Shown: positions 55,636 through 63,019 of the stretch, in pieces
How positions within the stretch are numbered: the stretch's first letter is position 1
How the letters are laid out: each line of letters begins with the position of its first letter
Assembly: GCF_026965535.1 (NCBI RefSeq)
Contig: NZ_CP114039.1
Coordinates: 7,843,461-7,907,460, forward strand
Length of the DNA: 64,000 nt
From: Corallococcus sp. NCRR
GTDB lineage: Bacteria > Myxococcota > Myxococcia > Myxococcales > Myxococcaceae
Direction: 5' to 3'
Program-made: the position numbers and the translations under genes
The notes under the pieces: generated by a model
What the model saw: the letters and a program-made list of their open reading frames with translations, nothing else
What the model was told of the DNA's origin: nothing
The model's database searches: none

Positions 55636-56304
55636 TCACTTCAAGGGCTCGGCGGCCACGGTCTCCAGGACGGGCGAGCGGGTGAGGACTCCGGTGGGCG
55701 GGAGCTTCCCTCCGCCGGTCGTCTGCACGGTGAGCACCAGCTCGGTGCCGCGCGGCAGCAGTGTCCCCGGCTCGGCCGAAGCCGCGGTGACCAAGGCTGC
55801 GTCCTTCGCGCCGTCAGGGAACCGGTGGGGCACGCCGATGGCGGACAGCAGCAGCCGCGCTTCGGCCACCGTCTTGCCTACCACCGCGGGCACCACCACC
55901 AGCGCCTCCGCCTGGGGCGACGGAGGCACCGGCACCACCCGGAACTTCAGCCGCGACTGCGCCGTCAGGTTGTAGGCGAAGCGGTTGGTGTAGCTGGCGT
56001 CCATGGGCGCGCCGTACATCTTCAGCCGCGTCCGTCCATCCGTCCGCTCCTCCGCGGTGATGGACAGCGCCACGGCGATCTCCGCCTCGGCCTCGGGGAT
56101 GTGGTACCAGGTCGGCCGGTAGCCGATGCGCTGCAGCTCCACCGCCAGGTCCTCGTCCGAGGCGTAGAGCTCGCGGATCCGCTCGATGGTCGCCGCGTCC
56201 AGCTCCCGCTGCGCCTCCGCCACGCCGCGGCCCACCGAGGAGATCAACGCGCCCAGCGGCGCGCTCAGCGCCTCCAACTGGGGGACGTCATTCGAATCCG
56301 CCAT
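55636..56304 (-). CDS. Hypothetical protein: shared N-terminal module plus C-terminal PASTA-like domain (222 aa)
   Basis: N-terminus 'LGALISSVGRGVAEAQRELD...YRPTWYHIPEAEAEIAVALSITAEE'. C-terminal 'VVPAVVGKTVAEARLLLSAIGV' is PASTA-like. Confidence 0.5.
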   Translation of the reverse strand: MADSNDVPQLEALSAPLGALISSVGRGVAEAQRELDAATIERIRELYASDEDLAVELQRIGYRPTWYHIPEAEAEIAVALSITAEERTDGRTRLKMYGAPMDASYTNRFAYNLTAQSRLKFRVVPVPPSPQAEALVVVPAVVGKTVAEARLLLSAIGVPHRFPDGAKDAALVTAASAEPGTLLPRGTELVLTVQTTGGGKLPPTGVLTRSPVLETVAAEPLK

Positions 56305-56307
56305 GGT

Positions 56308-57039
56308 TCAGCCCTCCATCGCCTGGCCAATGATCAACTGCACGGGGCCCGAAGCGAGCGGCTTGCCCGGCTCCGGCACCTGCCGCAGCACGCGGCCCCA
56401 CTGCCCGGGCTCCTTGACGAACAAGGGCATCGGGTCCACCCGCAGCCCCGCCTCCGCCGCGCGCCGCCGGGCCGCCGAGGTCGTCATCCCCAGGAAGCTC
56501 GGCACCTCGCGGGCGGGCGCGTCGCCCGTCTCGGGCGCGGCGGGAGACTGCTCCACGAACTGGGCCTCCGCCTCCGTCACGCCCTCGGTCGTCGTCTCCG
56601 TCCACCGCACGCGGACGGTGCTCAACCGCACCGTCGTCAGCGACGCGCGCACTGCTTCGATCTGCTGGCCCGCCGACTTCAGCTTGTCGGACAGCACCAG
56701 GGACGTGCCCTGCTCCAGGGCGGGCTCCTTGGTGGGCTCCACCGCCGCGGAGGACACCGCGCGCACGCCCTCCCTCGCGGGCTCCAGGACGACCATCGTC
56801 CCGTAGTCGATGAGGGTGCTGCTCATCTTCACCGGGAAGGTGGCCACCCCGGCGGAGTCCAGCCGCAGGTGGGAGCCGAAGGTGGCGCTGCTGACCTCCA
56901 TCTCCAGCACGCCCGCCTCGTTCGTCACCCCGGTGTCGCGCAGCTCGAAGGTGCCCGTCTTCGCGGGGACCCACCACGCCACCTTCATCCCCGCCACGGG
57001 GACTCCCGTGGCCTTGTGGAACACGGCCCGGACCTTCAT
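56308..57039 (-). CDS. Hypothetical protein: Ig-like beta-sandwich N-terminal domain plus C-terminal PASTA-like domain (243 aa)
   Basis: N-terminal 'VAGMKVAWWVPAKTGTFELRDTGVTNEAGVLEMEV' is Ig/Big-like. C-terminal 'VPSFLGMTTSAARRRAAEAGLRV' is PASTA-like. The start overlaps the upstream stop (ATGA). Confidence 0.5.
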   Translation of the reverse strand: MKVRAVFHKATGVPVAGMKVAWWVPAKTGTFELRDTGVTNEAGVLEMEVSSATFGSHLRLDSAGVATFPVKMSSTLIDYGTMVVLEPAREGVRAVSSAAVEPTKEPALEQGTSLVLSDKLKSAGQQIEAVRASLTTVRLSTVRVRWTETTTEGVTEAEAQFVEQSPAAPETGDAPAREVPSFLGMTTSAARRRAAEAGLRVDPMPLFVKEPGQWGRVLRQVPEPGKPLASGPVQLIIGQAMEG

Positions 57040-57740
57040 CGAGCCACCTCACAGGACAGCGCCAGCGTCCGCGACGCGGCATCCACCGTGAGCGCCAGGA
57101 TGCGGGCCTGCTCGCCGGCCGCCACGCGCAGCGTCGTCCGCGCCTCCCCCGCCGCGTCCGTCCTCACCACCGCGAGCACCACGTCCGTGCCCGCCAGCGG
57201 CGCCACGCCGGACAGCGACTGCGTCGTCCTGCGGTCCAGGTTGAACTCCACCTCCACGCCCGGCAGTGCCTCGCCCGCGGCGTTGCGCACGCGCACCACC
57301 ACGCCCGGCACGCCTCCGTCGCCGATGACGCAGCGGGCGTCGAGCACCACCGGAGGCAGGCCCTCGTTGGCCGGCACCGCGACGAAGCTGCCGCGGATCA
57401 CGCTGACGATCTCCGTCTTCGTCTGCGAAGAGGCCACGTCCGCCAGCCGCACGGGCCGCATCTTCAGGATCTTCCCGTTGGCCACCGGTCCGGTGGTGGT
57501 GGTGGACGTCTCCACCCGCAGGTCCATCCGCAGCTCGAACTCCAGCTTCGGCACGTAGTAGGTGAACTGGCGGCCGGGCGCGCCGGCCGCGGAGATGCCT
57601 CCCAGCTCCTGCTGGGCCTTCGCCAGGCCGTCGGCCAGCTCGAGCAGGTACTCGTCCAGCGTGCCGAACAACTCCTGCGCCTGCTGTGTCGTGTCACTCA
57701 TCCCGCGCTCCCTGGCGCCCGCGTTCCCGCCGCGTGTCAC
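57036..57740 (-). CDS. Hypothetical protein: shared N-terminal module plus Ig-like C-terminal domain (234 aa)
   Basis: N-terminus 'LDEYLLELADGLAKAQQELGG...FTYYVPKLEFELRMDLRVETS'. The C-terminal 'GVVVRVRNAAGEALPGVEVEF...TDAAGEARTTLRV' is Ig-like. Confidence 0.5.
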   Translation of the reverse strand: MTRGGNAGARERGMSDTTQQAQELFGTLDEYLLELADGLAKAQQELGGISAAGAPGRQFTYYVPKLEFELRMDLRVETSTTTTGPVANGKILKMRPVRLADVASSQTKTEIVSVIRGSFVAVPANEGLPPVVLDARCVIGDGGVPGVVVRVRNAAGEALPGVEVEFNLDRRTTQSLSGVAPLAGTDVVLAVVRTDAAGEARTTLRVAAGEQARILALTVDAASRTLALSCEVAR

Positions 57741-58632
57741 GTGCCGTGTCGCGCGCGTCCATGTCGTCCATGCCCATGCCGGCGCGCTCCATCTCCATGT
57801 CCATCTGTTGCTCCATGGACTCCATGTCCATGCCGGCCATCGCCAGCCCGCGCATCATCAGGGCCTCGGTGTCCAGCGAGCGGGGATCCATGCCCCGAAG
57901 CTCGCGCGCCACCGCCATCCCCTTCTCCACCTTCCCTATCGTGAGCCCGCCGCGCCCCCCCAGGGCCCGCCCCATCTGCCCGAGCGAGGGCAGCGTCTGG
58001 CCCTTCTCCAGCGCGAGCGGCCTGCGCGCCGCCGAGCGCGCCTCCTCCGCTACGTCCGCCAACCGCCGGGTCGCGGACCCCAGCTCCCCCAGCTTCATGC
58101 GGCCCCGGCCCGGAGACTCCAGGACGCGCTCCGCCAGCCGCGTGGCCAGCTTCGCGCGCTCACGCGCCTTGCGCGCCCACTGCTGGCGCAGCGTCTGCTG
58201 CTTCTGCGCCTGACGCCGGGCCGCCTTCCCCGCCTGCAGGCGCTCGCGGCGCAGCTCCTCCACCCGCTCGGCCTCCTCCGCCTCCGTCCGGCGCCGGGCG
58301 TACAGCTTCTGCTCCAGCAGCCGCCGCGCGGTGTCCCGCTCGTGCTGCTTGCGCTCCGCGATGCGCGACTCCGGCGTGTGCTGGACGACGGGGAACTGCT
58401 TCGCCAGCCGCTCGTCCACGGGCGCCTCCTGCACGCCGCTCAGCGCCTTCATCGTGTCTTCGAGCTGCCGGCGCTCCTTCAGCAACGCCGCCAGCTCCGG
58501 GTCGCTGGCGGCCACCTGCTCCAGCGAGGGCACGGGCGTGTCCGCGCCCAAGGCAGGAGCGGACGCGCCAACGTCATCGGCGGCCCCCGAGGCGTCCTCC
58601 TCCAGCAGGTCTTCCCAACGAACGTGTGACAT
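57694..58632 (-). CDS. Charged coiled-coil protein with a Met/Asp/Glu-rich C-terminal tail (312 aa)
   Basis: Long Arg/Glu/Ala/Gln heptad-like region. The tail reads 'LAMAGMDMESMEQQMDMEMERAGMGMDDMDARD', and the DNA shows reiterated catgtcc/catgcc units. It overlaps the downstream gene by 47 nt. Confidence 0.5.
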   Translation of the reverse strand: MSHVRWEDLLEEDASGAADDVGASAPALGADTPVPSLEQVAASDPELAALLKERRQLEDTMKALSGVQEAPVDERLAKQFPVVQHTPESRIAERKQHERDTARRLLEQKLYARRRTEAEEAERVEELRRERLQAGKAARRQAQKQQTLRQQWARKARERAKLATRLAERVLESPGRGRMKLGELGSATRRLADVAEEARSAARRPLALEKGQTLPSLGQMGRALGGRGGLTIGKVEKGMAVARELRGMDPRSLDTEALMMRGLAMAGMDMESMEQQMDMEMERAGMGMDDMDARDTARDTRRERGRQGARDE

Positions 58633-58650
58633 GCGCGGCGCCCCTTGGCG

Positions 58651-59241
58651 TCAGGTGACGTTGCCCACGGCGGTGTCGATCTTCCCGCTGACGGCCTCGC
58701 CCTCCGCGGTGCCCTTGAGGCCCTTGGCGATCTCCGCGCAGATCTGCTGGAGCGCCGCCGGAGGGGGGATGGGCACCAGCTTGGTGCGGATGAGGCTCGA
58801 GCCCTCGGCGGAATAGCTGTACTTCTGCGAATGCTTGGCCGTGACGGTGGTGACGTGGCTCTTGTGGCCCTTCACCAGCGTGGTGAGGATGCCCTTGTCG
58901 CGGTCCACCTTGCGGTCGCGCGTCTGGGTCGAGTCGTCAGTGGACTCGTGCATGGAGATCTCCATCTTCACTTCGATGATGGTCTCCACGAACTGGTAGA
59001 ACGTGGGCGTGAAGCCGAGCAGGAGCAGCGGGTACTCGGTGGTCCCCAGCTTCACGAAGCCGGCCCCGTCCCGCACGGCGTTGCCGCTGTCGTCGATGCG
59101 GTAGCCCGCCATGAGCTGGGCGATCTTCAGCGACGAGCTGTCCAGGGCGTACTGGGCATCCGCGATGGCGTTGCCCAGGTTGCGGACCATCTCCCCGAAG
59201 GGGACGTTGAGCAGATCCTGACCAATGGAGTTGGTGGGCAT
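58651..59241 (-). CDS. Paralog 1 of an uncharacterised family (196 aa)
   Basis: Shares the N-terminal 'LLNVPFGEMVRNLGNAIADAQYALD...LGFTPTFYQFVETIIEVKMEI' and the C-terminal 'YSYSAEGSSLIRTKLVPIPPP' with the genes at 59260, 59858 and 60371. Confidence 0.55.
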   Translation of the reverse strand: MPTNSIGQDLLNVPFGEMVRNLGNAIADAQYALDSSSLKIAQLMAGYRIDDSGNAVRDGAGFVKLGTTEYPLLLLGFTPTFYQFVETIIEVKMEISMHESTDDSTQTRDRKVDRDKGILTTLVKGHKSHVTTVTAKHSQKYSYSAEGSSLIRTKLVPIPPPAALQQICAEIAKGLKGTAEGEAVSGKIDTAVGNVT

Positions 59242-59259
59242 GGTGCGCGCGCTCCCAGG

Positions 59260-59835
59260 CTACTTGGCGGGGGTGGGCGTGGTGCCGGCCCTGGACGCGA
59301 TGAGCGCGCGAACCCGCTCCTCGAAGAGGGCCGGCGGAGGCACCGGCACCAGCTTGGTGCGCAGCAGGCTGGAGCCCTCCACGCTGTAGTCGTACTTGCG
59401 CGTGTAGCTGGCGTCCACGGTCGTCACCACGGCCTGGGGCGCGCCGCCGCGCTTGAAGAGACGCAGCCCGCCGGCCGTCCGCGAGGTGCTCTGCGTCGCC
59501 ACCTTGCTCTCCGTGCTCTCCGTCATCTTGATGGCGATCTTCACCTCGATGATGGTGTCCACGAACTGGTAGAAGTTGGGCGCGAAGCCCAGCTCCATCA
59601 TGGACGAGGGCGTGCCCGCGAAGGACACCTTGGTGTCCACCCGGATGGGCTTGCCGGAGCCGTCGAGCTGGATGTTCCCGTCGGCGTCCCGCAGCAGCGC
59701 CTCGCCGCTCATCATCTCCGCGACGAGCATCCCGCTCTTGTCCAGCTCGAGCTGCGCCTCGGCGATGGCGGTCGCCATCTCACGAATCATGTCCCCCATG
59801 GGGACGTTCAGCAGTTCCTGACCGACGTTGGGCAT
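59260..59835 (-). CDS. Paralog 2 of an uncharacterised family (191 aa)
   Basis: 'LLNVPMGDMIREMATAIAEAQLELD...LGFAPNFYQFVDTIIEVKIAI...YDYSVEGSSLLRTKLVPVPPP'. Confidence 0.55.
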   Translation of the reverse strand: MPNVGQELLNVPMGDMIREMATAIAEAQLELDKSGMLVAEMMSGEALLRDADGNIQLDGSGKPIRVDTKVSFAGTPSSMMELGFAPNFYQFVDTIIEVKIAIKMTESTESKVATQSTSRTAGGLRLFKRGGAPQAVVTTVDASYTRKYDYSVEGSSLLRTKLVPVPPPALFEERVRALIASRAGTTPTPAK

Positions 59836-59857
59836 GGTGTCTGGGTCCTTGCGCGCT

Positions 59858-60361
59858 TCAGGCGGAGGTATTGGTGGAGGCCGCGGGCAGCGGCGGCTGG
59901 GCGGCGATCTCGTTGAGCAGTTGGTGCAGGCGCGCGGGCGGAGGCAGCGACACCAGCCGCGCGGCGATGGAGCTGGCGCCCTGCACCTCGAAGCCGTACT
60001 TGCGGCTGTACTCGGCGTTGACCGTCACGGAGAAGATGCCGGCCATGCCGCCCGTCGCGCCGCCGCCCACGGAGAACTCCGTGGACTCGCGGATGGTGAA
60101 GGTGAGCTTCGCCTCGAGCGTGGCCTCGGCGAAGGCGTAGAACGTGGGCGTGAAGCCGAGCGCGAGCAGGCTCCACAACTGCCCGTCGCCCAGGTCCACG
60201 GTGCGCTCGGACATGCGCTTCGCGATGTCCAGAGAGTTGACGTCCAGCGCGTGCTGCGCGTCCGCCACCGCGCGCCCGAGCCGCTCGATGAGCTCGGGCA
60301 GCGGCGCGTCCAGCACCGTCATCATCGCGCGCTGGCCCTGCGTGGTGTTGTTTCCGGGCAT
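59858..60361 (-). CDS. Paralog 3 of an uncharacterised family (167 aa)
   Basis: 'LIERLGRAVADAQHALD...LGFTPTFYAFAEATLEAKLTF...YGFEVQGASSIAARLVSLPPP'. Confidence 0.55.
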   Translation of the reverse strand: MPGNNTTQGQRAMMTVLDAPLPELIERLGRAVADAQHALDVNSLDIAKRMSERTVDLGDGQLWSLLALGFTPTFYAFAEATLEAKLTFTIRESTEFSVGGGATGGMAGIFSVTVNAEYSRKYGFEVQGASSIAARLVSLPPPARLHQLLNEIAAQPPLPAASTNTSA

Positions 60362-60370
60362 GGGGACTCC

Positions 60371-62467
60371 TTACGGGTACCAGCGTTCGAGGTAGTCGCC
60401 GATGGCCTGGAGGAACTGGGGCGGCGCGGGCACCGCCACCAGGCGGGCCTTGATGGTCGAGCTGCCGGACACGCTCATCTCGTACTTCACCGAAGCGTGC
60501 GCATCGACGTTGAGGGCGCGCAGCTCGCGCTCGGAGCTCTCCTCGCGGTCCGCGGACGGCTTGCCGGCGATGCGGTTGGCCGACAGCAGGAACGCGGCGG
60601 GGTTGCTGGTGCCCAGCATGGTGCCGGAGGGGCCGGAGACGGTGACGATGTTGCCCGCGGACTGGGCCTGGAGGCCCGCGGCCAGTACGCCGGAGCTGGA
60701 GCCCGCCGTGATGGCGGCGGCCAGGTTGCGCGCCGTGTCCGCGGCCGTCACCCCCAGCGTGAACTGCCCCGGCTGCGGGGCGACGCCGGTCTCCACGGCC
60801 ACCAGCTGCACGTTGTCGATGACGACGGTGTCGCGAGGCTGGGGCGAGGCCGGCGGGCGGCCGTCGCCGAAGCGGCGGGCCACGCGGATGGAGCCCGCTG
60901 CGGACAGGGCCGGCGCGGTGGGCGTGCGCGCGAACAGGGTGAACAGGGCGTGGTCACCGGTGCCGTACAGGTAGACGCGGTCCCCGCGCGCGAAGGCGCC
61001 GAAGGCGGTGTTGGCGTTGGCGTCGCGGATGGCGCGGGCCAGGTTCGCGGCGGTGGACTCCGCGGTGGCGCCCACCGCGAAGGTTGTGCCCTGGGAGGCG
61101 GTGCCCTGGGTGAAGTCCGTGCCACGGAAGGTGACGACGGCCGTGGTGGGCGCGTTCGCGGCGGCGCGCGTGCGCGGCACGATGCGGGCCTCGCGGTCCG
61201 TCCCCGTGGGGTCGAAGGCGGCCGTGGCCGCGCCGGTGCGGGCCACCAGCGACGCGGGCACGCCGGAGAAATGGAAGACGACGCGCCGGTTGGCCGCCAG
61301 GTCGGAGCTGCTGAAGTCGACCGTCGCGCCCATGCCCCGGGCCTTGAGCCTGCTGGCCGCCACGCCCCGCGACGTCAGCGCCCTCAGGACGAAGTCCGCG
61401 CGCCGCTGCGACAGGCGCTGGTTGTAGCCGGGGGCCGGCGGCGTGCGCTGATCCGCCCAGCCCTCCAGGTCCAGCGAGGCGGACGGGTGCTCCGCCAGCA
61501 GCGCCGCCACCGCGTCGAGGATGGCGGAGGGCTCGCGGTCCGTGCCGTAGGTGGTGGTGGGCACGTCGTGGATGTCGGTGTCGAAGTAGATGGCCCGGTT
61601 GCAGTCAGCGCCGGAGACGACGAGGAAGGCGGCCGGGTCCACCTGCTGCCCGATGTCCGCCAGCGCCGCGCCCACCGTCGCCGCGGTGCTGGTGTAGCGC
61701 GTGCCGTTGGTGGCCGGCAGCAGCAGCGCGGGCGCGGGCGTCACGCTGCCCAGCCGCGCGATGACCAGGTTGTCGCCGGGCGCCGCCTGCGGCGAGGTGC
61801 GCACGGTGATGACCGAGCGGTTGATGGCGTAGAGGTCCGGGCGGTTGGTGCTGGCGGTGACGCCCGACTGCATCTCCCAGTCCATGAAGACGCCCTGCAG
61901 GTCCCCCGCGGCCTGGTTGGTCCAGACGGAGTTGTTGCGCAGGGCCACGAGCAGCTCCTGCGCCGTCTCCCACAGCGTGTCCTGGCGGGTGACCGGCAGG
62001 CCGCTGCTGTTGGGGCCCACGCCGCCGTCCAGCGCGTAGCTGGTGGTGCCCACCGTGAGGTGGCCCGGCGCGTTGGCCACCAATGCCAGACAGGCGTAGG
62101 GGGGGATGCCCTCGCCGTCCTGCACCGTGAGGGTGGCGCTGCCGCTGGCGGAGGACGTCTCGAGGCTGTACTCACTCGACTCGTTCTCGTTGTCGTAGTT
62201 GAAGTTGGCGCCCACGTCGATGGTGGTCGAGTAGTAGACGTTGAGGTTCACCTCCAGGTCGGCGTACTGGAAGTGGTAGAAGGCCGGCCGCAGCCCCAGC
62301 GCCAGCAGGTTCTGCGTCATGCCCGGCAGGACGGTCTGCCCCATGCGCAGCGTCTGATCCACGCTGTTGGTGTCCAGCTGGGTCTGGGCCTCGGCGATGG
62401 CGAGCCCCATGTCCCGGATGAAATCGGAGATGTTGAGATCCGCGAGGATCTTCCCTGCTTTCGGCAT
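60371..62467 (-). CDS. Paralog 4 of the same family (698 aa) with a central insertion that includes an OmpA-like peptidoglycan-binding domain
   Basis: N-terminus 'FIRDMGLAIAEAQTQLD...LGLRPAFYHFQYADLEVNLNV'. C-terminus 'YEMSVSGSSTIKARLVAVPAPP'. OmpA_C-like block 'FDTDIHDVP...GWADQRTPPAPGYNQRLSQRRADFVLRALTSRGVAASRLKARGMG' at about 61270-61615. Confidence 0.6.
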   Translation of the reverse strand: MPKAGKILADLNISDFIRDMGLAIAEAQTQLDTNSVDQTLRMGQTVLPGMTQNLLALGLRPAFYHFQYADLEVNLNVYYSTTIDVGANFNYDNENESSEYSLETSSASGSATLTVQDGEGIPPYACLALVANAPGHLTVGTTSYALDGGVGPNSSGLPVTRQDTLWETAQELLVALRNNSVWTNQAAGDLQGVFMDWEMQSGVTASTNRPDLYAINRSVITVRTSPQAAPGDNLVIARLGSVTPAPALLLPATNGTRYTSTAATVGAALADIGQQVDPAAFLVVSGADCNRAIYFDTDIHDVPTTTYGTDREPSAILDAVAALLAEHPSASLDLEGWADQRTPPAPGYNQRLSQRRADFVLRALTSRGVAASRLKARGMGATVDFSSSDLAANRRVVFHFSGVPASLVARTGAATAAFDPTGTDREARIVPRTRAAANAPTTAVVTFRGTDFTQGTASQGTTFAVGATAESTAANLARAIRDANANTAFGAFARGDRVYLYGTGDHALFTLFARTPTAPALSAAGSIRVARRFGDGRPPASPQPRDTVVIDNVQLVAVETGVAPQPGQFTLGVTAADTARNLAAAITAGSSSGVLAAGLQAQSAGNIVTVSGPSGTMLGTSNPAAFLLSANRIAGKPSADREESSERELRALNVDAHASVKYEMSVSGSSTIKARLVAVPAPPQFLQAIGDYLERWYP

Positions 62468-62470
62468 GGT

Positions 62471-63019
62471 CTACCCCAAGGGTGCGGCGACGGGAGGAAG
62501 TGCGACGGCGACGTCGGGACGAACGGTGTCGGGACGGACGACCCAGTAGGCGTGACGGTCCTGCTCCAGCGTGATGCGGCGCGCGTCCACGTGCAGTCCG
62601 GTGCGCGCCCAGCCCAGCACCCGCTCCGACAGCGGGAGCCGCCCGGCGCCGGCCAGCGCCACCGCGGACTCCAGCCGCGTGCGCGCCTCGGCCAGGCGCC
62701 CCAGCTTCGCCAGCGCCAGGCCGTGCCGCTCGTGGTGCGCGGCCAGGTCCTGGCGGGCCAGGTCGCTCGTGGGAGGCTGCTGCTGGTAGTGGGCCTCCAC
62801 GCGCTGGCAGAAGGAGATGACGGCCTCGTGGGCCCCCGAGCGCTCCAGCGACTCGAGCACGCACCACGCATAGTGGCGCTGGCAGACGTCGGAGCCGCCC
62901 TGGAGCGCGGCCAGCCGCAGCGCCTCCCGGTAGTGGCGCAGCGCCTCGTCATGCCGGCCGGCCAGCGCGAACACCTTGCCCTGCTCCGCCACGCGGAAGT
63001 GCAGCGCGAGCGAGCTCAC
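62471..63019 (-). CDS. Small TPR-like helical protein (182 aa)
   Basis: 'ALRHYREALRLAALQG...' helical repeat pattern. The start overlaps the upstream stop (ATGA at 63016-63019). Confidence 0.45.
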   Translation of the reverse strand: MSSLALHFRVAEQGKVFALAGRHDEALRHYREALRLAALQGGSDVCQRHYAWCVLESLERSGAHEAVISFCQRVEAHYQQQPPTSDLARQDLAAHHERHGLALAKLGRLAEARTRLESAVALAGAGRLPLSERVLGWARTGLHVDARRITLEQDRHAYWVVRPDTVRPDVAVALPPVAAPLG

